Assembly: GCF_001194135.2 (NCBI RefSeq)
Contig: NC_068984.1
Coordinates: 140,235,036-140,299,035, forward strand
Length of the DNA stretch: 64,000 nt
Direction: 5' to 3'
Source: Octopus bimaculoides
Lineage: Eukaryota
Position numbers and translations under genes: made by a program. Below the pieces are notes generated by a model. The model searched no databases. It was given only the letters and a program-made list of their open reading frames with translations, and was not told the DNA's origin. Position 1 is the first letter of the stretch. Every line of letters begins with the position of its first letter. Positions 1 through 13,489 of the stretch are shown piece by piece.

Positions 1-42
<42 letters not shown>

Positions 43-80
43 CATAAATATGGAAAGACAAAGAAGGAGGAGGGGAGGAC

Positions 81-118
<38 letters not shown>

Positions 119-124
119 TATCAG

Positions 125-425
125 TATCATAGTATCGACCAGGCCACCAGACGCTGCTATACACCGCTTCTAATGCTGTCTTACGCCATTTTTTTCCATC
201 TTGACCCAAATTGCTCGACCAAATCGTAGCCCCGTCATCGTGGAGGTCTTGCAAGTGATCTTTCCCCATCTCTAGGATACCAGTCGGCTACTGCACGTTT
301 CCATCTGTTGTCTTTGAACCTTACGACATGTCCGGCAGAACGAAACTTGTGCTTTCGGTACTCTACGATCATATGGTTCACACCGCTCTGTTCTCGAATT
401 ATCTAACGCCGGAATGGTCGGGCTA
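125..425 (-). mobile_element. RTE-clade LINE 3' fragment ending in a (TCTG)n tail
   Basis: Minus strand reads AGHVVRFKDNRWKRAVADWYPRDGERSLARPPR, matching the RTE C-terminal WAGH..R..DNRW..W.PR..R..GRP..RW motif. Confidence 0.75.
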
Positions 426-1078
426 AATTCCACAGTTTGCGTAAAAAGGAAAGGAAAGACAATATAATGTTTGTTTTGCAAAATTGCTGATGTCAAATCG
501 TGTGTTGAACCAGATATTGTTAATTTCCGGGATGGTCATTTTGAGACAGACTGGACTAAACAGAGCAGGAAGAGACACACGTGGGATGGAAGAATCTCTG
601 AAACTGTCACAGGTGTTTGACGAAAGATTTCTAAACAATGGACAGTGTACGTGCATGTGTGTACGTGTATATGTGTGTGCGTGTATATGTGTGTGCGTGT
701 ATATGTGTATATGTGTGTGCGTATACACACATACAAGCGTTTAAATATGTTTATGGGTTTTTTTAGTGCGTATATACGAAATTATGCGTGCATTTATACA
801 CAAATGCACACATGCACACATATTGAAATTAAACAGACAGATAGACAGACAGACAGACAGATAGACAGACAGGCAGAGAGGCAGACAGACAGACAGACAG
901 ACAGACAGACACACAGACACACAGACACACAGACACACAGACACACAGACAGAGACTGGGAAATAAGCAAAAGAGAACAAAAATATAAGTTGCCGAAAAA
1001 GTGTACACATAATTACGTATGTGTTTTACATGTGCGTGTGTTTGTGTGTGCGCGCACGCACATCACGTGCGTGTGTAA

Positions 1079-1110
<32 letters not shown>

Positions 1111-1223
1111 ATATATATATGCATATATATATATATATGCATATATATATGTGTGTGTGTGTGTATGTATATATATATACATATATACATATATACATAC
1201 ACATATATATATATATATATGCA

Positions 1224-1274
<51 letters not shown>

Positions 1275-1546
1275 AACATGAGTTAAGTATCGGTGATGGT
1301 TTTGTATTTAAAAGATGAATCCTTCGTAATCTCTCCAGAGAAAGTGTCGGGATTTTTCTAAGCATAAATGGGTTGACACACAAACATACATATATGCGTG
1401 CATGCATGCATCTCTGTATGCCTATAAGCATATATATATATATGTATGTGCGTATGTGTATATGTCTACATGTATGCGTATATGAATGTATGTATGTATG
1501 TAGAGAGAGAGAATGTGTGTGTGTGTGTAGTGCACGTGAGTGGGTA

Positions 1547-1580
<34 letters not shown>

Positions 1581-1590
1581 NNNNNNNNNN

Positions 1591-1628
<38 letters not shown>

Positions 1629-1731
1629 ATGTGTAAACCTATAATTATACTCATAAACCGATATATACGTATATCCGCTTAAACGTAATCATGTACGTAT
1701 ATGCATACATATATGCGTGTGTGTGTGTGTG

Positions 1732-1808
<77 letters not shown>

Positions 1809-1859
1809 TGAAAGATAGATTGGTAAGATGACAAAGAGATACACACAAACGACACATAG

Positions 1860-1934
<75 letters not shown>

Positions 1935-2265
1935 CTATTGTTATACCTGCATACATATGCATAGATATAACTTTCATAAAACCCTGCATTTTTTCATGGC
2001 ATTCCCATAACAATAATATCTATGATCTGATTAAATCCACCTAGGATTTTAGACTATTCAAATTTGCATCTTCTCGTTCGGTCAGTCCGATGGCAATATA
2101 TAAATTCAATGAGCTTAAGTTCTTTATTCTTTGTACATGTCAAGTAGGGGAGATTTAGACTTGTTTACAAAGATCTTTCGTTTGTTCAACTATCCCTACG
2201 ATGCAATTTATCCCTGATACATGTACACATACGTGTGTGCGCCTGAGGGGGGTGCGCGTGAGTGT

Positions 2266-2307
<42 letters not shown>

Positions 2308-3342
2308 CTGTGTGAGTCTTTCTGTGTCTCTGTGTTTGAATTATACATACACACTGTGTATAATACAAATTATATATATATATATATATATATACATATG
2401 TGTATATATATTTTTTGTATATATATGTATATGTATATATATANNNNNNNNNNNNNNNNNNNNNNNNNNNNNNNNNNNNNNNNNNNNNNNNNNNNNNNNN
2501 NNNNNNNNNNNNNNNNNNNNNNNNNNNNNNNNNNNNNNNNNNNNNNNNNNNNNNNNNNNNNNNNNNNNNNNNNNNNNNNNNNNNNNNNNNNNNNNNNNNN
2601 NNNNNNNNNNNNNNNNNNNNNNNNNNNNNNNNNNNNNNNNNNNNNNNNNNNNNNNNNNNNNNNNNNNNNNNNNNNNNNNNNNNNNNNNNNNNNNNNNNNN
2701 NNNNNNNNNNNNNNNNNNNNNTGTGTGTGTGTGTGTGTGTGTGTGAAACAAAATTTCAAAATGTATGATAAAGGGATGAAGTATATTTATTGTTCGATGG
2801 CAATTGCTTATAATTCTGCTCCTAGAATTGTCTCTGTATAGAAATAATGGTTTCTGTCGCTAACGGCTGTAGACTGTATTGTTCTCTCGTGAAAAGATAG
2901 ATATAGAAAGTAGTCCAAGCTTTAAATTGGTTGAAATAAAAATTAATATGCAAGCGGTAAGGGATGATGAATAATTGAATATTATATACCTTAATTCGAA
3001 TCTAACCGATTTTGTAAAGTACTGTTGAGAATGGTTGATCATATGTAACTTCCATTACTCTTAAAGTATTGACTTTAGAAATTGCAAACTAAATGAGTGA
3101 ATAAATTACAACGTGGAAGACCCACTTTCGCTGTTCAAAATCACGCAGAAAGTGTTACATTCATTTCATCATTTACTAATTGGTGTCGTCAAAATTTTCG
3201 TCGCACTGCCTGGAACTTGGTCACTGGCACAGTTCCACTGCAAGTCACGTTATTTGGTTTAAACTAGAAAGAGAATCTCAACTCCTGTATGAGTTGAACG
3301 CAAGAAAAAGAACGTCACAGACAGAACTAAATATCACGTGAG

Positions 3343-3533
3343 GTTTGCCCACCTCGTTCCCCACCCTACCATCAACCGTTTACCAGGTCGAGAAGTTTGT
3401 TCACCTCGTTTCCTACCCTACCATCAACTGTCTGCCATGTCGAAAAGTTTGCAAACCTCGTTCCCTACTCTACCATCAACCGTTTGCTAGCTTGAGAAGT
3501 TTACCCACCTCGTTCCCTACCCTACCATCAACC
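3343..3533. repeat. 52-bp tandem repeat x~3.7
   Basis: Unit starts at 3343, 3395, 3447 and 3499 (core ACCTCGTTCCCTACCCTACCATCAAC). Confidence 0.9.
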
Positions 3534-4152
3534 GATCGCCTGTTCATCATAATTATACAATACTACAATCAAAGAAAGATGGCTGATTTGAATTAACCAG
3601 TTTTATAGTAAATACATGCCCACTACTTCAGGGCAGCCATCTTATACCATTTATGAAATTAATAAATACGCGATTAGCTCTGTGCAGAAAGGCAATCGAT
3701 GTAACGATACGGCATACAAATCTGCGACAATCAAAACTAAAAGAAAATGGCGGGGCGTCTGCGTCAATTAATAATTAATTGTTAGCAAAAGAAATAGAGG
3801 AGAGTTTATCTCCTACTTCCTGTCTGCCTCCGACTTTCTAACTGCCTCCTCCTTGTCTCTGTGTCTGCCTCTCCCCACCACTCTAACAAATATCGGTTTG
3901 CAAACAGATTTTTCTCAGCAGTGTATACAATTAGTGGAGAGTAATTAAAAACAAACGTCCGTCATTAGCTTTATTATCGCCTTCACAATATTAATTCACG
4001 CAGCTGTAACCCATATCGTTAATCATAGTCGGTGTGCATTTACAATTGATGTTACATGTACACATACATACATACATACATACATACACATGTGTACATT
4101 AAACGACACACAGGTATACACACATATACATATGCATATGCACACATCACAC

Positions 4153-4221
<69 letters not shown>

Positions 4222-5336
4222 NNNNNNNNNNNNNNNNNNNNNNNNNNNNNNNNNNNNNNNNNNNNNNNNNNNNNNNNNNNNNNNNNNNNNNNNNNNNNNN
4301 NNNNNNNNNNNNNNNNNNNNNNNNNNNNNNNNNNNNNNNNNNNNNNNNNNNNNNNNNNNNNNNNNNNNNNNNNNNNNNNNNNNNNNNNNNNNNNNNNNNN
4401 NNNNNNNNNNNNNNNNNNNNNNNNNNNNNNNNNNNNNNNNNNNNNNNNNNNNNNNNNNNNNNNNNNNNNNNNNNNNNNNNNNNNNNNNNNNNNNNNNNNN
4501 NNNNNNNNNNNNNNNNNNNNNNNNNNNNNNNNNNNNNNNNNNNNNNNNNNNNNNNNNNNNNNNNNNNNNNNNNNNNNNNNNNNNNNNNNNNNNNNNNNNN
4601 NNNNNNNNNNNNNNNNNNNNNNNNNNNNNNNNNNNNNNNNNNNNNNNNNNNNNNNNNNNNNNNNNNNNNNNNNNNNNNNNNNNNNNNNNNNNNNNNNNNN
4701 NNNNNNNNNNNNNNNNNNNNNNNNNNNNNNNNNNNNNNNNNNNNNNNNNNNNNNNNNNNNNNNNNNNNNNNNNNNNNNNNNNNNNNNNNNNNNNNNNNNN
4801 NNNNNNNNNNNNNNNNNNNNNNNNNNNNNNNNNNNNNNNNNNNNNNNNNNNNNNNNNNNNNNNNNNNNNNNNNNNTAAATGTTTCTTTTTTTAATATTTC
4901 CATAGTTTTCAAATACGTAGGACATTTTCCTTCTGTCTCTTGTGAAGGCTCGGTAGGTAGGCAGTAGCAGGTCTGAAGAAATATTTTATATTTAATGTTA
5001 GATATTTCTTCAACTCTGTTACTTTCTACCTACCGAGACTTCACAAAAATAAGAGTGAGAGACAGAAAAAAAAAAGGAAAACGTCCCTTGAATTTGAAAA
5101 CTATGGAAATATTAAAAAAAAAAAACATTTCATCTCATTTTTCCACAATTGAACTGTTTTTCTTGCTTTATTTTAAGTTGAAAAAGTCGCAAAGACTGAA
5201 ACCGGTACTAAAATGTTCTTCATCATAACATTATTTTAGAATTTTCTACCTTGTCTTATTTTCCTTATACATATCAATAAGCATGTTACTTTTCAATCTT
5301 GTTTTTGATTGAGATTTGTAATAAATCTGAGGTATA

Positions 5337-5529
5337 GGCGCAGGAGTGGCTGTGTGGTAAGAAGCTTACTTCCCAACCACATGGTTCTAGGTTCAGTCCC
5401 ACTGCGTGGCACCTTGGACAAGTGCCTTCTGCTATAGCCTCGGGCTGACCAAAGCCTTGTGAGTAGATTTGGTAAACGGAAACAGAAAGAAGCCCGTCGT
5501 GTACATATATATATATATGAGTGTATATA

Positions 5530-5581
<52 letters not shown>

Positions 5582-5591
5582 NNNNNNNNNN

Positions 5592-5624
<33 letters not shown>

Positions 5625-5842
5625 TGTGTGTATGTGTGCGTGTGTCCGTGTTTGTCCCCCTCCCTCGCTTGACAACCGATGTTGGTGTGTTTACGTCCCC
5701 GTAATTTAGCGGTTCGGCTATAAAGAGACCGACAGAATAGGTACTAAGTCTTACAAGAGAATAAGCCCTGGGGTCGATTTGTTTGACAAAAAGGCGGTGC
5801 TCCAGCATGGCCGCAGTCAAATGAATGAAACAAATAAAAGAA
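5337..5842 (+). mobile_element. SINE family B (tRNA head, internal TA/TG microsatellite), full length
   Basis: Head GGCGCAGGAGTGGCTGTGTGGTAAG...GGTTCAGTCCC; tail CCAGCATGGCCGCAGTCAAATGA..GAAACAAAT; many similar copies in the window. Confidence 0.85.
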
Positions 5843-6294
5843 TTTAAAAAATAACCTTTTCCCTGTCCAAAGTATTTGCTTCAGTTTGTCCTAAATGTCC
5901 GAGCATGTTTTCAGACCCTCAGTCGGCTCATATTTCATACCTTCCGAGGAATATAAGCTTTCCTTTCGCTAACCCCAAGTTCATCTGGTAGTTGAAAAAA
6001 GATGGGAATGTGTATCATATATAATGCATAGACACCAGAGAAACATGTCTTGTGCTTCACATGTGGTCCAAAAGACAGGAAAAGGGTTTATAATGTTACA
6101 GTATGTTTAATTTTAAAGTAGTGATGACGTCTTATGCCAATTCTTGGTCACTTAGGATATCTTCAGGACAAGCAGAAAGATTTGGGAAAATATTTAATAG
6201 AAAGGATATATGGTTTAAGGTTACCAATTATCTTACTAAATTTAGATAAAGCAAAGTTTTAAAGCTAAAATATTAATTAGCCAATTTAATGGTG

Positions 6295-6774
6295 ATACAG
6301 TTCTATATTTAAGAGATGAGGAATTATGTACATTATTCACATTATTTACATTAGACGGATATTTGTCTTCATCTTGTTTGTTGTTAACACAACGTTTTGG
6401 CTGATATACTCTCCAGGCTTCATCGGGTGTCTTGGGGAAATTTTGAACCTGGGTTCTCATTCCTAAGGTATATTTCGATGTTATTATTATTACGGGCATA
6501 CGGCGTAGTGGTTAAGAGCACGGGCTACTAACGCCAAGATTCCGAGTTCGATTCCAGGCAGTGACGTCAATAATAATAATAATAATAATATCGAAATATA
6601 CCTTAGGAATGAGAACCCAGGTTCGAAATTTCCCCAAGACACCTGATGAAGGCTGGAGGGTATATCAGCCGAAACGTTGTGTTAACAACAAACAAGACGA
6701 GGACAAATATCTGTCAAATGTAAATAATGTAAATAATGTACATAATTCCTCATCTCTTAAATATAGAACTGTAT
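6295..6774. mobile_element. Foldback element: ~200-bp inverted arms (6295-6492, ~6573-6774) around a tRNA-like head (6493-6560); Penelope pLTR-like
   Basis: The arms are near-perfect reverse complements. The spacer has A-box GGCGTAGTGGTTAAG and B-box GAGTTCGATTCC. Confidence 0.75.
6638..6683 (+). ncRNA. Minimal type I hammerhead ribozyme motif
   Basis: Stem I GACAC/GTGTT, core CTGATGA (6643-6649) plus an extra A, stem II GGCTG/CAGCC, GAAA (6671-6674), palindromic stem III ACGT, predicted cleavage after GUU (6678). Confidence 0.6.
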
Positions 6775-7367
6775 AACTCTTGTTATTAAAGTTTATAGAA
6801 ACTGTGGATGGATTAATGCATTCCGAAAGTCTGTTGTTTCTTGTGCTCAGTTGCTTCTATTGGACAAATTCTTAAGTTTATTATTCGATATTTATTCACA
6901 CACATCCCTCTGCTTTATTTATTGGGTTATTTCAGCATCAATCGCTGAAACTTTCTCCATTATATATCAGGCTAATTATTTATCAATAATTACCTCATTA
7001 ACTAAAACATATGGAAAGTTATCATCACATACAAAATAAAGTGCACGACCTCAGGTTTCGATTTTGACCTACACAATGTGTGTGTGTGTACGCATGCGTG
7101 CGTGTTTCTCTTTCACTCTCTCTTCCTCTCTCTCTCTCTCTTTCTCTCCTTCTGTATATTGTAAGTATGACAATGACTTTGAAGTTTAAGGCTCGCTAGT
7201 TTCATCAGCGGAAAACTACCAGGCCGAAACTTCGAAGTCACTAATTCACTTGCAAAAATTTAATAATCATTTACTCTTCTGAAAAGTTTCTTTCAGTTTA
7301 ATATTAAATTGTTCTTATATATATAGAACTTGACATAAAAACAAACATTATTGAATATATATATGTG

Positions 7368-7412
<45 letters not shown>

Positions 7413-7441
7413 GTGTGTGTGTGTGTGTATATGTATATATA

Positions 7442-7512
<71 letters not shown>

Positions 7513-8669
7513 TCTTCCTCTCTCTTTTACTCTTTTACTTGTTTCAGTCATTTGACTGTGGCCATGCTGGAGCACCGCCTTTTGTCGAGGAAATCGACCT
7601 CAGGACTTATCTGTTTACGTGTATATTTACATTCACCGGTTCGTAATCTGTTTATGTCCCTAATTTAATTTGTTCCTAGTTTTTGGGGGTTTTTTCGTAA
7701 GCTTTTCTCCTCTAAATTGAATTAACTGTACTAGATGAACCAAACCTATTCCCTAATTCATTCTAAACATGGAAGCCGTGGGTGCGAGCCCGGGTGAAGC
7801 CGACCGCGGGTGCATATCTCGGTGGTAGTAGTTCTACCTGTTTTCGCCTTGGAATTCCTAAATTTTATTTAGCCATTCACCTATTTGTGAATACCTACTT
7901 CCGATTTTGAGAGCATTATATTGAACTATTTAATATTTTATTAATAAATTTTAATTATTCAATTGACCTATATTTAAGCCCTTATCATTTTTATTAGCAT
8001 ATTTTATCACCTTCAATTACTACTTTTGTATTTATTTATTCATGTTAAATACCATACCTCCGTATCTTAGCAACTTAACATATTTACTTCCGGTATTTCA
8101 CTATACGAAGGCTACATATCTGAAAGCTTTAAATTAAATTTTGTCCAATAGCTCTTTATCTTTATTAGTCTAGCTCAATAATAAATTTTTAAAGGATGTA
8201 AGGTAATAACTTATAATTCTTTATTCATTGTTATTTTCTCTCTCAATCTATTTTCACTCTTTACTCTATTTTGATTTATTTATTTTAATTATTCATTATT
8301 CATAATTTTTATGCACCCTGACATTGGGTAAATATTCTTATAGGTCTTTTAACTATTTCGTTTTTTTTTTCTTTTTTAATAAGTAATTTATTGCTTAAAC
8401 GCCTTCCACGTTTATATTGATTTAATAAGAATAGATATAAAAGCATAATATAACATTTTTAACCAATTATCTCTACTTGAGCTTTATTATGCTTAACACT
8501 TCAGATGAATATATTGTTTCACAACTCTATTATACACAACCTTACTCTCCTGCTAAGGGCTCTACCACTTGTATACTATGGTCTTGATGTATACCTTTTT
8601 ATTGTTAACGGTTTGCAGCCGTTTATTCAATATGAGGAAACTGAACACCTACTTTGTATACCTTTATCT

Positions 8670-8748
8670 ACCTCTGAAGAGATTCGACTTTCAAATAATT
8701 TTTAATTTAATTAATTTTCTGAGAGCCTGAATTCAAACAGCTGTAAGG
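8670..8748 (+). ncRNA. Degenerate hammerhead-like motif at the end of an AT-rich, possibly Penelope-derived block (~7800-8820)
   Basis: CCT-CTGAAGA, long stem II, CAAA in place of GAAA, palindromic ACAGCTGT-A, AGG. Confidence 0.3.
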
Positions 8749-8944
8749 GATGTTTGTCAATTTTGTGATTAATAAATAATAATTCATTAATTACCTTTCT
8801 ATTCTTTCATCTTATTATTATAATAAATAAAATATATAGAAATCACGGTTTATATAGTAACCTGGCAGTGGAGTATTCCCATTATATGTTGAGGATCTGT
8901 CGTAACTCCGATTGCTGGAAGCATTCAAGGCGCTTAAAGTCACG

Positions 8945-9130
8945 GCGGTACAACGTCCAAGTTTCACAAGCGTAGAGTTGACAAGACAATGGCACGGAAG
9001 ACCATGATCTTTATCCGGATGGTCAGCGCGTGATTGAAGAATACACGTTGGTTGAGTCTGCCGAAGGCGTAGTGGGCCGCCCCAATCCGGTTCTCCACGT
9101 CATTTTCACATGTAGTGGGGGTCTTCGAAA
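8945..9130 (-). mobile_element. RTE/BovB-like LINE fragment (region downstream of RT)
   Basis: DVENRIGAAHYAFGRLNQRVFFNHALTIRIKIMVFRAIVLSTL fits the RI..A..AFGRL...K..VY.A.VLSTL motif. Confidence 0.7.
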
Positions 9131-9314
9131 GGTTTGTAACCTTTAATTGTGCTTTTATATATATATATATATATATATATAAGATAATCCTCAAAGGATT
9201 GTGCCAAACTTTGACATCGAAAGTTGCACAGACAGCAGAAGGGCGCGCGCCACTGCTTAGTTCCAAAGATCCTAACATCACCGTATGTGTGTGTATGTGT
9301 TTGTGTGTGTGTGT

Positions 9315-9361
<47 letters not shown>

Positions 9362-9843
9362 TGCGTCTTTGTGTCTGTAGTTGTTCCCTATCATCACTTG
9401 ACAACCGGTGTTGGTGCGTTTACGTCCCTGTAACAGCGGTTCAGCAAAAGTGACCAATAGAATAAGAACTGGGCTTACAAAGAATAAGTCCTGGGGTCGA
9501 ATTGTTCATTAAAGACCCTTCAAAGCGGTGCTCCAGCATGGCTGCAGTGAAATGGCTGAAACAAGCAAAAGAACATACACACACACATATGCCCGCACGC
9601 ACACACACACACACACACACATACACACACACACACGCAGAAAAACAAGATGTGTGTTTAGTTTGTGAAGGAGAGAGTTAGACAGAAAGAGTAATAGGAA
9701 GAGGTATTACTTTCAATACACAAAAGATAGAGACTGAAAGTGAAAATGAAAGTAGGGGTTGAAAAGACAGTAAAAGGTAGTTTTCATATATATGAGCGTG
9801 TGTGTGTGTATATATATATGTATATTTTACGTATATATGTATA

Positions 9844-9894
<51 letters not shown>

Positions 9895-10644
9895 NNNNNN
9901 NNNNNNNNNNNNNNNNNNNNNNNNNNNNNNNNNNNNNNNNNNNNNNNNNNNNNNNNNNNNNNNNNNNNNNNNNNNNNNNNNNNNNNNNNNNNNNNNNNNN
10001 NNNNNNNNNNNNNNNNNNNNNNNNNNNNNNNNNNNNNNNNNNNNNNNNNNNNNNNNNNNNNNNNNNNNNNNNNNNNNNNNNNNNNNNNNNNNNNNNNNNN
10101 NNNNNNNNNNNNNNNNNNNNNNNNNNNNNNNNNNNNNNNNNNNNNNNNNNNNNNNNNNNNNNNNNNNNNNNNNNNNNNNNNNNNNNNNNNNNNNNNNNNN
10201 NNNNNNNNNNNNNNNNNNNNNNNNNNNNNNNNNNNNNNNNNNNNNNNNNNNNNNNNNNNNNNNNNNNNNNNNNNNNNNNNNNNNNNNNNNNNNNNNNNNN
10301 NNNNNNNNNNNNNNNNNNNNNNNNNNNNNNNNNNNNNNNNNNNNNNNNNNNNNNNNNNNNNNNNNNNNNNNNNNNNNNNNNNNNNNNNNNNNNNNNNNNN
10401 NNNNNNNNNNNNNNNNNNNNNNNNNNNNNNNNNNNNNNNNNNNNNNNNNNNNNNNNNNNNNNNNNNNNNNNNNNNNNNNNNNNNNNNNNNNNNNNNNNNN
10501 NNNNNNNNNNNNNNNNNNNNNNNNNNNNNNNNNNNNNNNNNNNNNNNNNNNNNNNNNNNNNNNNNNNNNNNNNNNNNNNNNNNNNNNNNNNNNNNNNNNN
10601 NNNNNNNNNNNNNNNNNNNNNNNNNNNNNNNNNNNNNNNNNNNN

Positions 10645-10677
<33 letters not shown>

Positions 10678-11241
10678 CAGTTATATATGTATATATACAC
10701 TCAAACACATACACAGATTGGGAAATATCTGGAGTCGGTAAGAATAGATAAAGAGACAGGGAGATAAAGCGTAAATTATGAAGGTAAAGGGTGAACAGAC
10801 AAGAAAAGAGAGAGATGGGGAGAGGGGAAGGGAAGGAGAGAAAGAAAGACAGAAAGAAAGAATGAAAGAAAGAAAGGAAGAAAGAAAGAAAGAGAAGTGT
10901 CAGGAAGAGGATAAGGTAAGAATATTAAGTTGGACAGACAGGCATTCTGACAGACAGACTGATAGGATAAAGTCGAAAGCTTGGAAAAAGCAGACAACTA
11001 AATCGAATCGATTAATTGAATATCTGAAATTGTGAAAGAACTTTGGTGCTGCTGCATTATGAAGGAGTCCGTTTCTTATTCTGTATTCTTCCTTTAGTCT
11101 TCTTTAGTTCTTTGGTTTTTTGTGAAGTGTCTTAGGAAATATTCTTTAGATGAATAAAACATGAAAGACATCATAATAGAAAAGTGTGGCAGCTCTAGAT
11201 TTTTGATATTTTTAAAATGTCTATTTCATTGTTGTTGTTGC

Positions 11242-11293
<52 letters not shown>

Positions 11294-11344
11294 ACGCTAG
11301 CGAAGGCTAATTTAGTTAGCAGGTATTTTATCTCGAAGTTTGCT

Positions 11345-11745
11345 GACAACAAGTCTCCTCAAAACTCAAGAATCTTCCTTTAGGATTTTTACAAAATATA
11401 AGATGGCACTTTTCTGCAGGTCAACAATGCGAGTTTCAATTCCGATCTCCTTCAGTCTTTTAAGTCGGTATTTTGCATGTTATGTTATTCCCATATGCAT
11501 CAATTACCACAAGGTATAACTGTTTTCTCGGTCTTTCACAGTCTCCTCAGTTCTCTGGCGAGATCCAGGTATTTCTCAGTTCTTTCAATTTATTTGGTTA
11601 TCGACTCCTCTGTTATCAAAAGGAATTGCAAAAACCTATGATCTTATACTGTTTTTTTTTTATTTTGTCCCCGATGATCATATCCGGTCTTTTTGCTTCA
11701 ATAGCATCGTCAGTTTTCATATGGGGAAATCCCAAAAGATTTAAT
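11345..11745 (-). mobile_element. R4/Dong-like non-LTR retrotransposon 3' fragment (restriction-like endonuclease)
   Basis: Frameshifted IFWDFP..TDDAIEAKRPDMIIGDK...EKYLDLARELRRL...IGIETRIVDLQKSAIL. Confidence 0.7.
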
Positions 11746-11789
11746 TCTCATTTTCTATTACAGCCTCTGTAGTAGTAGTAGTAGTAGTA

Positions 11790-11878
<89 letters not shown>

Positions 11879-11887
11879 GGTGGTGGT

Positions 11888-12217
11888 GAAGGTTCGTGGC
11901 TTAGTGGTTAGGACATTCGGCTCACGATCGTAAGGTCCTGAGTTCGATTCCCGGCGACGGGTTGTGTCCTTGAGCAAGACACTTTATTTCACGTTGCTCC
12001 AGTCCACTCAGCAGGCAAAAATGAGTACTACCTGTAATTCAAAGGGCCAGCCTTGTCACACTCCGTGTCAAGCTGAGTCTCCCTGAGAACTACGTTAAGG
12101 GTACACGTGTCTGCGGAGTACTCAACCACTTGCACGTTAATTTCACGAGCAAGCTGTTCCTGTTCTGTTGCTCGTATCAGCTGGGACCCTCGTTGTCGTA
12201 ACCAACGGAGTGCTCCT
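11888..12217 (+). mobile_element. SINE family C (tRNA head, TTGTGTCCTTGAGCAAGACACT core) inserted in (TAG)n
   Basis: A/B boxes present; further copies at 15499-15800 (+), 18702-18916 (-), 48680-48885 (+); heads at 28090-28172, 40090-40200 and 63686-63750. Confidence 0.85.
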
Positions 12218-13489
12218 TTTTTTTAATAATAGTTGTAGTAGTAGTAGTAGTAGTAGTAGTAAAAACGGGGTTTTACTTGCATTATTTAGAAATGTGAAGA
12301 CGAGGGGCTGACAGAAGCGATTGTGCGTCCGGAGAAATCCTTAGTGGTCTTTCTTCCGGCTCTTTACGTTCTAAGTTCAAACTTTGCCGAGGTCGACTTT
12401 GACCTTCATCCTTTCGGGGTCGATAAAGTAAATACCAGTTGAGTACTGGGGTCGATGGTGTAATCGACTTACCCCTTCCCTTAAAACCGCTGACCCTGCG
12501 CGAAAATTTGAAACAATTATTTAGAAATGGATAGTTGGCAAGCTGGCGGAATCGTTACCGCGCCGGGGAAAAATGTTCAGCGGTATTTCTCCAGACTTAT
12601 TACGATCCGAGTTCAATTTCTACTGCGGCCAGCTTTACTTTCCATCCCTCCGGGGTAGATAAAAAAGGTATCAACCAAACAGTGGGGTCGATGTTATCGA
12701 CTTCCCCCTCTCCTCAAAATTGCTGGCCTTGTGCTTACGTAGAAAGAATTATTTAAAATTGGAATTTAGTCGTAGACTGGCAGATAAGGGTCAGACTAAT
12801 TGACATGCAATACTTAGAGACATTTCTTTGAGTTCTAAGTTCAAATCCCAACCAGTTCAGTTTTTATTTCACCTACCTGGGTCCAATAGGAAAATTTAAA
12901 CATTTTCTGTTGTTGTTTAGCCCCAGGTAGGTTCCGATAAAATAGACACACCTATGATTAAAGGAAATTCTTCTATCACACTGCACACCGAACATCATTT
13001 TCATACGAGAAGGCAGGATGTGTTTTGGGATAAATTTAGCTGTTATTTCTAACAAGACAAGTAACTACATAGATGCTACCCACTTCTTTAAAAAAAACAT
13101 TATTTAGGAATGAGACATCAACCGATTGAAAAACCTGAGATGAAAGATCTCCGGGTTAAATTTAATGAAGTATTTAGTTTTGTCTCTCCATATCCTGCTG
13201 TTATCAATATTGTGTTTCATCTCAAAAATCGATAAAGTAATTAATTGCCAGCGAACTACCCAAGTCAGTTCTATATACTGTACACCGGTGGTTCTCAACC
13301 GGGGTCATATGACCATTGGGGATCCATGTAAGATTTTGTTGTTAAAATTTATGTATATTGCTTATACTGGTGAACTGTAGATACCCATGTAAACTATACG
13401 ATACACTTGTACCGGTGAACTTCAAACATCTATGTTATTTCTTTAAACGATTTTGTTCCAAACAAGACTTGAGGCTACTGTAGAGTAAG

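Noticed and set aside
423-5820. Long ORFs rich in YI/CV/HT/X (and similar ORFs throughout the window)
   Set aside because: They are translations of dinucleotide and tetranucleotide microsatellites and N gaps, with no domain content.
6493-6560. SINE heads (here and at 11888, 15499, 28090, 52940, 63686) as real tRNA genes
   Set aside because: They have A/B boxes but no closed 7-bp acceptor stem and continue into repeat bodies.
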